Source: Chloroflexota bacterium
GTDB taxonomy: Bacteria > Chloroflexota > Limnocylindria > Limnocylindrales > CSP1-4
Assembly (NCBI GenBank): GCA_021802585.1
Contig: JAJZRQ010000001.1
Span: forward strand, 11,234-75,233
Length of the DNA: 64,000 nt
Reading direction: 5' to 3'
Position numbers and translations under genes: made by a program. Shown one piece after another: positions 50,732 to 62,289 of this stretch (the first letter of the stretch is position 1; each line of letters starts with the position of its first letter). The notes beneath the pieces are model-generated. The model was not told where the DNA came from. It saw only the letters and a list, made by a program, of their open reading frames with translations, and searched no databases.

Positions 50732-51448
50732 ATGTCGATCGCGGAAGGGGCTTCGGCCCTCGACGAGCTGCCGGCGGTCGCCCGGAGATACCTCAATCAC
50801 GCGATCGGTCCCTTGGCGGAGCTCGCCGACAGCGTGGAGCTCGAGCTTCGCGGCTCGATCCTGCAGAAGGGCCGCTGGTTCTCGTTCACCGCCCACGAGC
50901 GGCTCGAGGCGGGCGTCGGCTTCCATTGGGCGGCGCGGCTGCACTGGGGCCCGCTGATGCTTGCCGGCGTCGATCAACTCCGTTCCGGCCAGGCCAGCCT
51001 CGACTTCCGGCTCTTCGGACGGCTGCCCTTCCTGCACGCGTCCGGGCCCGACGTCATCCGGGCGGCCCATGGACGCCTCGCGATCGAGTCCCTGTGGCTG
51101 CCCTCCGCGACCCACCCCGACCTCGGTGCCAGGTGGTCGGTGCCGGAACCGACGCAACCAGATCGGGCGGAGGTCCGGCTGGCGGTCGACGGTGAGGAGG
51201 CCGTGGTCACGATGGTCGTGGACCCGAGTGGCCGTCTCGAGTCGGCCTGGGTCCCGCGCTGGGGCGACCCGACCGAGTCGGGCTCGTACGGCCTGCATCC
51301 CTTCGGGGGCGTCCTCGAGGACGAGACGACCTTCGACGGCTACGCGATCCCGGGGAGGCTCCGGGCCGGCTGGGGTTACGGCACGCCCGCCTACCGCGAG
51401 TCGTTCCGGTTCGAGATCACTGGAGCGTCGTACTCACGGGCCGCCTGA
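50732..51448 (+). CDS. Hypothetical protein
   Basis: In-frame ATG at 50732 with a GGAGG RBS 9 nt upstream; 238 aa, soluble and non-repetitive. Confidence 0.5.
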   Translation: MSIAEGASALDELPAVARRYLNHAIGPLAELADSVELELRGSILQKGRWFSFTAHERLEAGVGFHWAARLHWGPLMLAGVDQLRSGQASLDFRLFGRLPFLHASGPDVIRAAHGRLAIESLWLPSATHPDLGARWSVPEPTQPDRAEVRLAVDGEEAVVTMVVDPSGRLESAWVPRWGDPTESGSYGLHPFGGVLEDETTFDGYAIPGRLRAGWGYGTPAYRESFRFEITGASYSRAA

Positions 51449-51626
51449 CGGCGGCGTCGGCACCGGGCCGGTCGGCATTCACGCTGCTGATCTCCATGAC
51501 GATCGCCTGACCGTCGGCGACCGCTCAGCAGTGCACTGCCTCGAGACCTGCGTCGGCGCGCGACGACAAGACCTGACCTGACCCATCGGGTGGCCGAGCC
51601 TTGCCACCGGCTGAGGAGCGAGTCAG

Positions 51627-51986
51627 ATGGCAGGGGGCGAGATCCGGAGCTTCGCGACACCCGACGAGACGCGCACGTTCGAGAAGGGGCGGGCCGACGT
51701 CCTCGCGATCGGCGGCGGCTCCGTCGGGAGACTGACGTTCGAGCCGGGGTGGCGCTGGTCGCTCCACGTCCGGCCGATCGCCGGCACCGAGTGGTGCGAG
51801 GCGCCGCACTTCCAGTACCACCTCTCGGGACGTCTCCACGTCGTCGACTCCGACGGGGCCGAGTTCGACGCGGCTCCCGGCGACGTGACCTGCCTGCCTT
51901 CCGGCCACGACGCGTGGGTCGTCGGCGACGAGCCGGTCGTCACCGTCGACTGGGCCGGCGCCCGGGACTACGCGAGCGGCCGCTGA
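51627..51986 (+). CDS. Small cupin-domain protein
   Basis: 119 aa with a GAGGAG RBS. The His-containing beta-barrel motifs are SLHV..E.CEAPHFQYHLSG. Confidence 0.6.
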   Translation: MAGGEIRSFATPDETRTFEKGRADVLAIGGGSVGRLTFEPGWRWSLHVRPIAGTEWCEAPHFQYHLSGRLHVVDSDGAEFDAAPGDVTCLPSGHDAWVVGDEPVVTVDWAGARDYASGR

Positions 51987-52110
51987 CCGCGGGCGGCGCG
52001 GGCACCGTGGGCACGGGACGCGTACGCTGGCCGTCGACCACCGCCCACGAGGTGCCGCCACGCCGCTCCTGACCGTCTTCGGGCTCGCGATCATCGAGAT
52101 CTGGTTCGCC

Positions 52111-52488
52111 GTGCCCGTGGGCCTCGCGCTCGGGGTCCCCCCGCCGGCCCTCTGGCTGGCGACGGCGGCCGGTGCCCTCCTGAGCGTGACCGTCATCGCC
52201 TTCGCCGGGGACGCGCTCCGGGCCTGGCTCGTCCGCCGGCGCGGTGCCGCGACGGTGGCCGGCGCGGGCCGCCTCTACCGGATCTGGGTCCGCTACGGCG
52301 TCATCGGCTGGGGGCTCGTCTCACCTGCCGTCTTCGCCCCGCCGATGGGCACCGCCATCGGCCTCGTCCTCGGGGCGCCGCGGGGGCGCCTCCTCGCGGC
52401 GATGGCCGCCGGGACACTCCTCTGGACGACGCTCCTCGTCGGCGCGGGGGTCGTGGGCCTCGACCTCGTCCACCTCGGCTTCGGGTGA
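52111..52488 (+). CDS. Small integral membrane protein (4 TM)
   Basis: 125 aa, GTG start, hydrophobic throughout. Confidence 0.45.
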   Translation: MPVGLALGVPPPALWLATAAGALLSVTVIAFAGDALRAWLVRRRGAATVAGAGRLYRIWVRYGVIGWGLVSPAVFAPPMGTAIGLVLGAPRGRLLAAMAAGTLLWTTLLVGAGVVGLDLVHLGFG

Positions 52489-52580
52489 GGTCCGGCGGAC
52501 GCGTCGCGCAGTCGCCCGAAGCACGGACGCGCCGCCCGGGGCCGGGCGGCCGTTCCGGTATACTCCGCCTCCGGACCAGT

Positions 52581-52656
52581 GGGGCTATAGCTCAGCTGGG
52601 AGAGCGTCTGAATGGCATTCAGAAGGTCCGGGGTTCGAATCCCCGTAGCTCCACCA
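52581..52656 (+). tRNA. tRNA-Ala (anticodon GGC)
   Basis: GGGGCTATAGCTCAGCTGGGAGAGC...anticodon loop ATGGCAT...GGTTCGAATCCCCGTAGCTCCACCA; G3:U70 present. Confidence 0.9.
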
Positions 52657-52674
52657 GCCCCCTGACCCGACCTC

Positions 52675-52699
52675 GACCTCCGGCGGCACGCCGGAGGTC
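52675..52699 (+). terminator. Intrinsic terminator after tRNA-Ala(GGC)
   Basis: GACCTCCGGC-ggcac-GCCGGAGGTC followed by GTTCGTTTCGG. Confidence 0.6.
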
Positions 52700-52960
52700 G
52701 TTCGTTTCGGCGTCGCCGCCCGACCCGCGGCGTCTCGTTCCCCCAGGCCCGCTGACCGTCACGTTCCGCGCGCGGGGTGCGTGATTCGCCGGATGTCGGC
52801 ACCGCCGCTCGCTCTGCTACGGTCGAGCCATGCACCCGCGCCTCCGGAACGACATCGCGCTCTTCGTCGCCGCGGTCGGCCTCGCCGCGGGCGCGCTCCG
52901 CCAGCCGGATCTGCCTCGCGCCCGAGCATCCGGCCGCCGCACGCGCTAGCATCGAGCGCC

Positions 52961-55507
52961 ATGACGACCGAACGGACCCGGATCGAGCGCTACGAACCCG
53001 CCGCCATCGAGCCGCGCTGGCAGGCGCGGTGGGCGGAGCTCGGCCTCCACCGGACCGACCTCGCGGACACGTCGCGGCCGCCGTACTACCTCCTCACGAT
53101 GTATGACTACCCGTCGGGGAACCTCCACGTCGGCCACTGGTACGTGAAGACCCCGACGGACGCCTTCGGCCGCTTCCGCCGGATGCAGGGCCACAACGTC
53201 TTCTTCCCGGTGGGCTTCGATGCCTTCGGCCTGCCGGCCGAGAACGCCGCGATCCGGAACCGGATCCACCCGGCCCAGTGGACGTACTCGAACATCGCCA
53301 ACATGCGGCGCCAGCTGCGGAGCATGGGCGCGGGGTTCGACTGGGACGCCGAGGTCGTGACCTGCGATCCCGCGTACTACCGCTGGAACCAGTGGCTCTT
53401 CCTCCGCTTCCTCGAGCGCGGCCTGGCCTACCGGGCCACCGCCCCTGTCGACTGGTGCCCGAACGACGGGACGCTCGCCCGCGAGCAGGTCGAGGGAGCC
53501 GACCGGCGCTGCTGGCGCTGTGGGGCGAAGGTCGAGAAGCGTGACCTCGCCCAGTGGTTCCTGCGGATCACGCGGTACGCCGATGAGCTCCTCGACTTCA
53601 CCGGCATCGACTGGCCCGAGCCGGTCCGCGTCATGCAGACGAACTGGATCGGGCGGAGCGAGGGCGCCGAGGTCGTGTTCCGGAGCGCCCCCGACACCCA
53701 CATCCCGGGTGGCGACGAGATCCGGGTCTTCACGACCCGCCCGGACACGCTCTTCGGGGCGACGTTCATGGTCCTCGCGCCCGAGCACCCGCTCGTCGAG
53801 AAGCTCACCTCGCCGGGCCAGCGCCCCGTCGTCGCCGCGTACATCGAGCAGGCACGGCGGGAGACCGAGATCGAGCGCCTGAACACGGAGCGCGACAAGA
53901 CCGGCGTCCCGATCGGGGCCGACGCGATCAACCCCGTGAACGGCGAGCGGATCCCGATCTGGGTCGCCGACTACGTGCTGGGCGGCTACGGGACCGGGGC
54001 GATCATGGCGGTCCCGGCCCACGACGAGCGCGACTTCGCGTTCGCCCGCCAGTTCGACCTCCCGATCCGGGAGGTGATCCGGCCCGTGGCGACGTACGGC
54101 GAGGACCGCGACCTCGTCGAGGCGTACGTCTCGAAGACGCCGGACGACGTCCTCGTGAACTCCGGCCGCTACAACGTGATGGCAGCCCCCGATGCGATCC
54201 GGGCGATCACGGCCGACCTCGAGGAGCGCGGCGAGGGCAAGGCCGCCGTGAGCTACCGGATCCGGGACTGGCTCATCAGCCGCCAGCGGTACTGGGGCAC
54301 GCCGATCCCGGTCGTCCACTGCGAGGCGTGCGGGATCGTGGCGGTCCCCGACGCGGACCTCCCGGTGCTCCTCCCCGAGACCGTCGACTACGCGGGGTCC
54401 GGGGAGAACCCGCTGGGCCGCGACGCCGCGTTCCTCCACGCGGCGTGCCCCCGCTGTGGCGGCCCCGCACGGCGCGAGACCGACACGATGGACACGTTCA
54501 TGGACTCCTCTTGGTACTGGTTCCGCTACCTGTCGTCGCGGAAGGACGACGGGCCCGTCGACCGCGCGATGCTCGACCGGTGGACGCCCGTCGCCCAGTA
54601 CACCGGCGGCGCCGAGCACGCGGTCATGCACCTCCTCTACTCCCGGTTCTTCACGAAGGCGATGGCGGACTGCGGCCTCGTCGGCCACCGCGAGCCGTTC
54701 CTCCGGCTCTTCAACCAGGGCCAGGTCCTCGGCGCCGACGGCGAACGGATGAGCAAGTCGCGGGGGAACGTCGAGGATCCCGATGCGCTCGTCGCGCAGT
54801 ACGGCGCCGACACAGTCCGCCTCTTCCTCATGTTCATGGGCCCGTGGGACCAGGGCGGGCCGTGGAGCCCGACCGGGATCGGGGGCGTCGCGCGGTTCCT
54901 CAACCGAGTTTGGACGCTCGTCCTCGACCCGCACGGCCACGAGCCGGGCGATGCCGAGGCGGGGCGCCTCCCGACGGGCGAGGATGCCGCGGCCGCCGAG
55001 AAGGCGATCCGGGGTGCCGCGCACCGGACCCTCGCCGCCGTCACGGCGGACTACGAGGGCTTCCGGTTCAACACGATGGTGGCGAAGCTCATGGAGCTGG
55101 CGAACGTCCTGTTCCGGTACCGCGGGACGGAGGTCGCCGGCGGCCCGGCGTGGGACGAGGCGGTCCGGCTCCTCCTGCTCATGCTCGCCCCGGCCGCGCC
55201 GCACGTGAGCGAGGAGCTCTGGGAGCGGCGGCACGCCGCGGCCGGGACCGCGTGGTCGTCGATCCACCTCGAGCGCTGGCCGGAGGTGGACGCGGCGGCT
55301 GCGGCGGTCGCGACGCGGGAGCTCCCGGTCCAGGTGAACGGGAAGGTCCGCGACCGGGTCGAGATCGCCGTCGGGCTGTCCGCCGCGGAGGTCGAGGCGC
55401 TCGTCCTCGCACGCCCGAAGGTGGTCGCCGCGCTGGGCGGGGCGACGCCCGAACGGATCATCCACGCCGGCGGCGGGCGGCTCGTGAACATCGTCGTCCG
55501 CGGCTGA
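52961..55507 (+). CDS. leuS: Leucyl-tRNA synthetase
   Basis: Start at the internal ATG at 52961 ([13 protein letters not shown]...). HIGH motif region (NLHVGHWY), KMSKS (RMSKSRGN) and the editing domain are present; 848 aa. Confidence 0.95.
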   Translation: MTTERTRIERYEPAAIEPRWQARWAELGLHRTDLADTSRPPYYLLTMYDYPSGNLHVGHWYVKTPTDAFGRFRRMQGHNVFFPVGFDAFGLPAENAAIRNRIHPAQWTYSNIANMRRQLRSMGAGFDWDAEVVTCDPAYYRWNQWLFLRFLERGLAYRATAPVDWCPNDGTLAREQVEGADRRCWRCGAKVEKRDLAQWFLRITRYADELLDFTGIDWPEPVRVMQTNWIGRSEGAEVVFRSAPDTHIPGGDEIRVFTTRPDTLFGATFMVLAPEHPLVEKLTSPGQRPVVAAYIEQARRETEIERLNTERDKTGVPIGADAINPVNGERIPIWVADYVLGGYGTGAIMAVPAHDERDFAFARQFDLPIREVIRPVATYGEDRDLVEAYVSKTPDDVLVNSGRYNVMAAPDAIRAITADLEERGEGKAAVSYRIRDWLISRQRYWGTPIPVVHCEACGIVAVPDADLPVLLPETVDYAGSGENPLGRDAAFLHAACPRCGGPARRETDTMDTFMDSSWYWFRYLSSRKDDGPVDRAMLDRWTPVAQYTGGAEHAVMHLLYSRFFTKAMADCGLVGHREPFLRLFNQGQVLGADGERMSKSRGNVEDPDALVAQYGADTVRLFLMFMGPWDQGGPWSPTGIGGVARFLNRVWTLVLDPHGHEPGDAEAGRLPTGEDAAAAEKAIRGAAHRTLAAVTADYEGFRFNTMVAKLMELANVLFRYRGTEVAGGPAWDEAVRLLLLMLAPAAPHVSEELWERRHAAAGTAWSSIHLERWPEVDAAAAAVATRELPVQVNGKVRDRVEIAVGLSAAEVEALVLARPKVVAALGGATPERIIHAGGGRLVNIVVRG

Positions 55508-55583
55508 CCCGGGCCGCGGGCGGTCGGCCTCCCGGCACGGACCCGCCGCTGGTCGCGCAGCCGCCGCGCCGACCGTCGACGCC

Positions 55584-56618
55584 CTACTTCGACGGCGCCG
55601 CCGCCGGGCAGGCTCGGTCCGCCGTGAGGCGCATCTGGTCGACCGACGGCGCGTCCGGCGGGCTGGCGAAGACGAGCAACTGGCCCTGGGAGCCCCAGGA
55701 GGCTCCCGTGAGCACGCTGCCGGCAGGGGGCTCCTCGTTCGAGCTGTAGCTGTCCCTCTCGTAGCGGTACTCGACCGGGTAGCCGCGCGCCCGCGCGTAC
55801 AGGAAGACCTGCTGCGGCGTCATCGCCTCGGCGCCGATGCAGTGGAGGAGCTGGCCGCCCGCAAAGGGAGCGTCGATCGCGACGAGCACCGGACCGCCGT
55901 CACTGGACGGGACCGGTCCTCGCGTGGTGGCGGGTTGGAGTGCCGGGAACGTGGGCAGCAGCACCAGGCGGTCGGCGTGGAATCGACCGGTCGATGCACC
56001 GTTCGCGAGCGACACCTCCGCCGGGCCATCGTAGGCCTGCCCCAGCGGACCCTCGAAGAACGTCCCGCTCGCCGTCAGCCATTCGGCACTCTGACGGCCG
56101 TCATAGGCGCGGATCTCGGAGACCCACCACGTCGCGCCATCGCTCGCGAAGTAGAGGTTGAGGCGCATCTCGACCCCGTGCTCCGTCCACGTCCACTCGA
56201 GCGTCCGGTAGGTCGGGTCGCCCGGGTCGCTGACGACCGACGCGGTGGTGACGTCGAGCGTGAAGCGCTGGCTACCGGCGTCGATGAAGAGGCCGCGCGC
56301 ATCGAATCGGATCCCTTGATAGGACGGCACCCCCGCGAGACCCGGCGCCGAGCCGGCCCCGGGCAGTTGTCCGCCGATGGCGAGGGCACCGACGGCCGCG
56401 ACGACCGCCAGCACCGCAAGGGCACCCACCCCGAGCCACTCCGGGGAGCGGACCGGGCTGCGGAGGCTGATCCGGCCGCGGGTGGCGGGCCGAGCGTCGG
56501 CGCCCCGGAGGATGCCTTCGAGGAGGCCCGGTGGAGCGGCCCGAGGCGCCTCAGCGCGGAGGAACTCGGCCACGCGGTGCTCGAGGGTGACCTCGGGGAT
56601 GTCGGCAGGGGCAGTCAT
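55584..56618 (-). CDS. Putative anti-sigma factor / single-pass membrane protein with extracytoplasmic domain
   Basis: The start was set to the ATG at 56618, which overlaps the ECF sigma stop (ATGA). It has a short cytoplasmic N-terminus, one TM helix (WLGVGALAVLAVVAAVGALAI) and a ~250-aa extracellular domain. Confidence 0.55.
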   Translation of the reverse strand: MTAPADIPEVTLEHRVAEFLRAEAPRAAPPGLLEGILRGADARPATRGRISLRSPVRSPEWLGVGALAVLAVVAAVGALAIGGQLPGAGSAPGLAGVPSYQGIRFDARGLFIDAGSQRFTLDVTTASVVSDPGDPTYRTLEWTWTEHGVEMRLNLYFASDGATWWVSEIRAYDGRQSAEWLTASGTFFEGPLGQAYDGPAEVSLANGASTGRFHADRLVLLPTFPALQPATTRGPVPSSDGGPVLVAIDAPFAGGQLLHCIGAEAMTPQQVFLYARARGYPVEYRYERDSYSSNEEPPAGSVLTGASWGSQGQLLVFASPPDAPSVDQMRLTADRACPAAAPSK

Positions 56619-57172
56619 CGAGCGGTCTCCTGGGTCCTCGCCGCCGCGGCGCGATCGTCCGCGGCCAGGGCTGCGCGCATCGCAGCGAGCGCATAGTGGA
56701 GGCGGGACTTCACGGTGCCGAGCGGCACGCCGGTCGCCTCGGCGATCTCGGGCAGGCCGAGATCCAGGTAGAAGCGGAGAGCGAGGACGAGACGGTGCTC
56801 CGGCGTCAGGAGCCCGAACGCGCGTGCGAGACGCTCCCGCTCGTCGATCGAGGACGTCTCTGCCCGCTCCTCGCGGAGCCACGGAATGTGGGGAGCGAGC
56901 GACCAGCGGCGACGGCGACGTGCCTCATCGAGCGCAGCGCGCGAAACGATGCGCGCCAGCCACGCGTCGAACCGCTCGGGGTCACGGAGCGTGCCGAGGT
57001 CACGCCACGCTCGCAGCAGCGCGTTCTGGACGGCGTCCTCGGCGGCTTCCGCATCGCGGACCACGAGATGCGCCGCCCCGTACAGCCGGTCCAGCCGGGG
57101 CGCCACGAGGGCCCCGAACGCATCCCGGTCGCCTTGCTGCGCGGCGTCGAGAAGTCGCTCGCTGTCGGTCAT
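56615..57172 (-). CDS. ECF-type RNA polymerase sigma factor (sigma-70 regions 2 and 4)
   Basis: The start was set to the ATG at 57172 (185 aa). Region 2 is DAEAAEDAVQNALLRAWRD and region 4 is LTPEHRLVLALRFYLDLGLPEIAEATGVPLGTVKSRL. Confidence 0.85.
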   Translation of the reverse strand: MTDSERLLDAAQQGDRDAFGALVAPRLDRLYGAAHLVVRDAEAAEDAVQNALLRAWRDLGTLRDPERFDAWLARIVSRAALDEARRRRRWSLAPHIPWLREERAETSSIDERERLARAFGLLTPEHRLVLALRFYLDLGLPEIAEATGVPLGTVKSRLHYALAAMRAALAADDRAAAARTQETAR

Positions 57173-57347
57173 CTGCCTCCCTCGCCGGGCGCCTGCTCGG
57201 CGCTCAAGATGATGGCGCTCGCCGACCCGCGAAAGGTTCGATGATCGCCCGAGCGTCCGTCGCCCCGGCGAAGCCGTCTCCGACGTCCGGGCCCGCCGAG
57301 CGCGGGAGATCCCGCAGCCGAGGCGGCGATCCGGCAGAATCGGAGAC

Positions 57348-57785
57348 ATGAGGCCCTGGATACCTCGTCACGCCCGGCGGGCAGGCACGGGGAGCGCTGC
57401 CCTGGCGCTCGCGGCGCTCGCCGTCGCCGGGTGCGCCGGGTGGACGACGGACCCTGCCCTCACCCTTCGCGTCGACAGCCGGATCGACCGGCCGCTCCTC
57501 GTCTACGTCAACGGCGACTGGGTGGGGACGATCCCGGCCGGGGCGACCGACGCCACCGTCCCCGCCGCCGGCCATGGCGGACCCCCGTGGCGGGCCGAGG
57601 GCCGGGTGGCGAGCGGCACGGTCCTCGTCGCCCTGGCGATCCCCGGCGCGCCGGCCTCCGGGGAGGGCTTGACGACGACCGTGGTGACCGCCTGTGGCAC
57701 GATCACGATGACCGTTGGCGCGCCGGAGCCCGGCCCGTCGCTCATGCCACCGGGACCGGGGGGCTCACCAGCGCCGTGCGAATAG
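57348..57785 (+). CDS. Small lipoprotein (paralog 1)
   Basis: Lipobox LAALAVAGC|AG; 145 aa; divergent from the ECF sigma operon. Confidence 0.55.
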   Translation: MRPWIPRHARRAGTGSAALALAALAVAGCAGWTTDPALTLRVDSRIDRPLLVYVNGDWVGTIPAGATDATVPAAGHGGPPWRAEGRVASGTVLVALAIPGAPASGEGLTTTVVTACGTITMTVGAPEPGPSLMPPGPGGSPAPCE

Positions 57786-58195
57786 CCGTCGTCCTCGCGA
57801 CGGCGCTCCTCCTCGCGGCCTGCTCGGTCGTTCCCGGGGAGCGCCCGCCGCTCCGCGTGGCGAACGGCACGACGCTCAAGGTCGCCCTCCTCGTGAATGG
57901 GCAGGTCGTGGGGACGTTCGGCCCGGGCGAGGGGACGCCCGCAGACGGGTTCGAAGGCGCGCTGCCGCCGCTGCCCTGGACGGTCGTCGCGACGACCTCG
58001 ACCGGCCGCGTCCTGGCCACGATGACGGTGAACCCGGGCGACGTGTCGATGTCCGAGTCGGGCGGGCACGCGTCCGCCCGCGGCCGGCTGGCGCGCCTCG
58101 ACCTCTCCTGCGGGCGGCTCGACGTCTGGGCGGGCGGCCCGCAGCCGCTTGGCCCGGCTCCGGGCCCGGGAGCCCCGGGCGACTGCGTCCCCTGA
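57776..58195 (+). CDS. Small lipoprotein (paralog 2)
   Basis: In-frame GTG at 57776 within track ORF 57431..58195. Lipobox LLLAAC|SV. The shared pattern L-V-NG-VGT..G with paralog 1 indicates a tandem duplication. Confidence 0.5.
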   Translation: MRIAVVLATALLLAACSVVPGERPPLRVANGTTLKVALLVNGQVVGTFGPGEGTPADGFEGALPPLPWTVVATTSTGRVLATMTVNPGDVSMSESGGHASARGRLARLDLSCGRLDVWAGGPQPLGPAPGPGAPGDCVP

Positions 58196-58213
58196 CCGCG
58201 GGGCGCCGCCGCG

Positions 58214-61018
58214 CTACGCGAGGCGCATCTCCGCGCGGAGGACGTCGTCGCTCGCGCCCGGCCGGACCGCGAACCCGACCTTCTCGGCCGCGCGCCGCAT
58301 CCCGCTGTTCGTCACCCGCATGTCCGCCCCGAGCGTCGCGACCCCCTCGGCCCGGGCGATCTCGACGAGCCGCCGGAGCAGCTCCGTCCCGACCCCCCTG
58401 CCCTGGCGGGCGTCCGTGACGAGGACGGCGAACTCCGCGTCGTCCGTTCCGAACGTCCGGGACAGGCGGCCGATCCCGATGATCTGGGGCCGGCCCGTCT
58501 CCGGGCGGTCGCACTCGGCGACGAGCGCCATCTCCCGGTCGTAGTCCACGAAGCAGATCCGGATGAGCCGCTCGTGGGCCGTGCGCTCGTCGAAGCCGAG
58601 GTGCCGGAGGTACCGGCTGAAGACCGTCTCCTCGGAGAGCGACGCGTGGAACTCCACGACGAGCGGCTCGTCCTCGGGCCGGATCGGCCGGATCCGGAGC
58701 TGCTGGCCGTCCGGGCACGTCCACGTGCCGGCGTACCGGCGAGGGTACGGGCGGATCGCGAGGCGGGGCAGGTCCCGCGTCGCCGTGGCGGGGTCGTGGA
58801 GGACGACCCGCGCGTCGAGGGCGATGATCCGCTCCGGCGAGGCGAGGAGCGGGTTGATGTCGAGCTCGCTGACCCAGCGCTGCTCGCTCACGAGCTGGCT
58901 GAACCGGACGAGGAGCTGCTCGAGCTGGTCGAGGTCCACGCCCCGGCGGCCCCGGACGCCCTTGAGCGCCGTGTAGATCTTCGTGCTCTCCATCATCCGC
59001 CGGGCGAGCGTCGTCGTGAGCGGCGGGAGGCCGAGGGCGCGGTCTCGGAAGACCTCGACGAGCTGGCCGCCCATCCCGAAGAGGAGCACGGGCCCGAACT
59101 GCGGGTCGATCGAGCTCCCGAGGATGATCTCGTACCCGGTCCAGTTCACCATCGGCTGGACGGTCACGCCCTCGAAGTGCTCGGCGCCCTTCTTCGCCGT
59201 GACGGAGGCGCGGATCGCCTCGTACGCCTGGCGGACGGCCGCCGCATCCTTGAGGTTGAGCTGGACGCCGCCGACGTCGGTCTTGTGGGTGATCGTGTGC
59301 GAGTAGAGCTTCACGACGACCGGGTAGCCGATCCGCTCGGCGGCGGCGACGGCCTCGTCCACCGTCGGGGCGACGACCGTCTCCGTGATCGGGATCCCGT
59401 ACGCGGCAAGGAGCTCCTTCGATTCGTCCTCGGTGAGGAGCGTCCGCCCTTCCGCCCGCGCGGCCGCGATGAGGGCGTCCGCCCTCGAGCGATCCACCGG
59501 GTGCTCATCGTCCGAGGGGAGGGTCGGCGTCTCGTAGATCTGGCGGAGGTTGCTGTCCAGGCGCCAGGCGGCGTTGAAGACAGCGACCGCGTCGTCCGGG
59601 TAGTCGAACGTCGGGATCCCGGCCTCCCGGAGGATCGCCGTCCCCTCCGCCACGTCCTCGCCGCCCATCCAGCTCGCGAGGACCGGCTTGCCGGGGATCC
59701 GGGCGAAGCGTACGAGCTCCTTCGCGGTCGCCGTCGGGTCGGTCATCGCCTGGGGCGTGAGGATGACGAGGAGCCCGTCGCTCGCCTCGTCGCGCGCCGC
59801 GACCTCGAGGGCCTTCGCATACCGCTCGGGGGCCGCGTCACCGATGATGTCGATCGGGTTGTTGTGGCTCCACGGACCCGGGAGGAAGCCGTTGAGCTCC
59901 TCCATCGTGGCCGCGGAGATCTCCGCCAACTCCCCGCCGCCGGTGATGAGGGCGTCGGTCGCGAGGACGCCCGGGCCGCCCGCGTTCGTGACGATCGTGA
60001 GGCGCTTCCCGCTCGGGCGGGGCTGCTTCGCGAGGACCTCGGCGACGTTGAAGAGGTCGGCGATCGCGTCGACGCGCAGGACGCCGACCCGCCGGAACGC
60101 GGCGGCGAGGACCTCGTCGGAGCCCGTGAGCGAGCCCGTGTGCGAGGCCGCCGCCTTCGCGGCCTGCGCCGTGCGGCCGGGCTTGATGACGATGATCGGC
60201 TTCGACAGGGCGACCTCGCGGGCCGCCGAGAGGAAGGCCCGAGCGTCGCCGATCGTCTCCATGTAGACGACGATGCTCGTCGTCGCCGGGTCGTTCCCGA
60301 GATACGTGATCGTGTCACCCCAGCCGACGTCGAGCATCGAGCCGAGGGAGACGACCGCGCTGAACCCGACCCTTTCGCGAGCGCTCCAGTCGAGGACGGC
60401 CGTGAGGAGGGCGCCGCTCTGGCTCACGAACCCGACGGTCCCGGGGGCGGAGATCCCGGCGGCGAACGTCGCGTTCAGGCCCGTCGTCGGGCGCATGACC
60501 CCGAGGCAGTTCGGACCGATGATCCGCATCCCGTTCGCCCGCGCCGTGGCGAGGATCCGCTCCTCGAGCGCCGCTCCCTCCGGCCCGATCTCCTTGAAGC
60601 CGGCGGAGATGATGACGACGGACTTCACGCCGGCGGCGGCGCACTCCTCGACCGTCCCGGGGATCGTCGACGCGGGCGTCGCGATGACGGCGAGCTCGGG
60701 GCGCTCGGGAAGCGCGGCGATGCTCGGGTAGGCCCGCACGCCGAGGATGCTCGCCCGCTTCTGGTTCACCGGGTAGACGGTGCCGCCGAACGGGCTGCTG
60801 ATGAGGTTCCAGAAGACCGTCCGGCCGACGCTCCCCTCCTTCTCCGTGGCGCCGACGACAGCGACGGAGGACGGCGAGAAGAACGACTCGAGGGGATTCC
60901 GCGAGACGCCGAGGACGTCGCTCGCGAGGTCGCGGACGTCGCGGTCGGGCGGCGGCGCGGGCTCGGGACCCTCGAGGTCGGGGCCGGCGGGGAGGTTCAG
61001 GGAAGCGAGGTCGGGCAC
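58214..61018 (-). CDS. pat: Protein lysine acetyltransferase Pat: NDP-forming acyl-CoA synthetase domains fused to a C-terminal GNAT
   Basis: 934 aa. It has CoA-binding and ATP-grasp domains ([16 protein letters not shown]; [21 protein letters not shown]) and a C-terminal GNAT ([17 protein letters not shown]). Confidence 0.8.
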   Translation of the reverse strand: MPDLASLNLPAGPDLEGPEPAPPPDRDVRDLASDVLGVSRNPLESFFSPSSVAVVGATEKEGSVGRTVFWNLISSPFGGTVYPVNQKRASILGVRAYPSIAALPERPELAVIATPASTIPGTVEECAAAGVKSVVIISAGFKEIGPEGAALEERILATARANGMRIIGPNCLGVMRPTTGLNATFAAGISAPGTVGFVSQSGALLTAVLDWSARERVGFSAVVSLGSMLDVGWGDTITYLGNDPATTSIVVYMETIGDARAFLSAAREVALSKPIIVIKPGRTAQAAKAAASHTGSLTGSDEVLAAAFRRVGVLRVDAIADLFNVAEVLAKQPRPSGKRLTIVTNAGGPGVLATDALITGGGELAEISAATMEELNGFLPGPWSHNNPIDIIGDAAPERYAKALEVAARDEASDGLLVILTPQAMTDPTATAKELVRFARIPGKPVLASWMGGEDVAEGTAILREAGIPTFDYPDDAVAVFNAAWRLDSNLRQIYETPTLPSDDEHPVDRSRADALIAAARAEGRTLLTEDESKELLAAYGIPITETVVAPTVDEAVAAAERIGYPVVVKLYSHTITHKTDVGGVQLNLKDAAAVRQAYEAIRASVTAKKGAEHFEGVTVQPMVNWTGYEIILGSSIDPQFGPVLLFGMGGQLVEVFRDRALGLPPLTTTLARRMMESTKIYTALKGVRGRRGVDLDQLEQLLVRFSQLVSEQRWVSELDINPLLASPERIIALDARVVLHDPATATRDLPRLAIRPYPRRYAGTWTCPDGQQLRIRPIRPEDEPLVVEFHASLSEETVFSRYLRHLGFDERTAHERLIRICFVDYDREMALVAECDRPETGRPQIIGIGRLSRTFGTDDAEFAVLVTDARQGRGVGTELLRRLVEIARAEGVATLGADMRVTNSGMRRAAEKVGFAVRPGASDDVLRAEMRLA

Positions 61019-61290
61019 GGGATCAGCTCCGGGCTGCGAGGGGCGCGGGGCGGCTGCCCCGCGGGGATGACGGCATGTCGGCGCAAGGGTGCCACGACGA
61101 CCCGCGTCCCGCGGAGGGCCGACCCGCCCCGATCCGGGGGCCGGGTGGCGGCGCTTGCGGGGCCGGTGGCACGGCGGGGCGGGGACGGGGTTCGCCCAGG
61201 CCGGCCTCGGCCGCGACGCGCTCCTCGCGATCCCGCGGCCCGGCGCCCCGGCGACGAGCTCTCGCCGGCGGGCAGGCCTAGACTCCGCTC

Positions 61291-62229
61291 ATGAACGAGA
61301 TCAGGCTCGGCGCCCTCTGCTGGAACCAGTACACCGATTGGCCGTCGCTCCTCGCGGCCGGCGTCCGGGCCGACCGGCTCGGCTATCACTCGCTCTGGAC
61401 CTGGGATCACGTCTATCCCATCGTCGGCGACGCGCGCGGCCCGAACTACGAGGGCTGGCTCACGCTCGCCGCCTGGGCCCAGGCGACAAAGCAGGTCCGG
61501 ATCGGGCTGATGGTCGGGGCGAACACGTTCCGCAACCCGGCCCTCGTGGCCAAGATGGCGACGACGCTCGACCACATCAGCAACGGGCGCGCCATCCTGG
61601 GCATCGGCGGGGCGTGGTTCGAGGAGGAGCACGAGGCGTTCGGCATCGAGTTCGGCTCGGGCTTCCCGGAACGGCTCCGCTGGCTCGGCGAGGCGCTCCC
61701 GGTCATGCGCGGGATGCTCGACGGGACCGAGCCGACGGCGGCCGGCCCCCACTACTCGTCCCGGCGCACGCGGAACCTCCCGCCCCCGGTCCAGGCCCAC
61801 CTCCCGATCTGCATCGGTGGGAGCGGCGAGCAGGTCACGCTGAAGCTCGTGGCGAAGTACGCCGACATGAACAACGTCGGCGGCGGGTTCGAGACGGTGA
61901 AGCGGAAGGAGGCGATCCTCCTCCAGCACTGCGCCGCCGTCGGACGCGACCCGGCCGAGATCGAGCGGACGACGGGGGTCGGGACGGTCTTCATCCGCGA
62001 TGACCGGGCGGAGGCGGAGCGGCTCTTCCACGCCGCCTTCGAGCGGAACCGCGTGGCGGGCCACTGGGAAGACCAGCCGGTCGGGACGCCGGAGGACGTC
62101 GCGGAGAAGCTCGCGCCGTACCTCGAACTCGGGTACCGCCACCTCATCGCCGGGGTGCCGGCCGACTATGACGAGGAATCGATGTCCCGGCTCGTGACCG
62201 AGGTGAAGCCGCTCCTCGAGCGGGGCTGA
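61291..62229 (+). CDS. LLM-class (luciferase-like) F420-dependent oxidoreductase
   Basis: TIM-barrel LLM motifs (LGYHSLWTWDH, GRAILGIGGAWFEEEHEAFG); 312 aa. Confidence 0.8.
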   Translation: MNEIRLGALCWNQYTDWPSLLAAGVRADRLGYHSLWTWDHVYPIVGDARGPNYEGWLTLAAWAQATKQVRIGLMVGANTFRNPALVAKMATTLDHISNGRAILGIGGAWFEEEHEAFGIEFGSGFPERLRWLGEALPVMRGMLDGTEPTAAGPHYSSRRTRNLPPPVQAHLPICIGGSGEQVTLKLVAKYADMNNVGGGFETVKRKEAILLQHCAAVGRDPAEIERTTGVGTVFIRDDRAEAERLFHAAFERNRVAGHWEDQPVGTPEDVAEKLAPYLELGYRHLIAGVPADYDEESMSRLVTEVKPLLERG

Positions 62230-62289
62230 ACCCGGGTCGCGTCCGCGGGCCCGCTGCGGAGCGCGCGCCGGGGACGCGCGGCGCGCCGG

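Noticed and set aside
52830-52949. 39-aa ORF upstream of leuS, considered as a leader peptide or T-box element
   Set aside because: There is no T-box specifier/antiterminator structure and no Leu-codon run. It is probably a fortuitous ORF in the 5' UTR.
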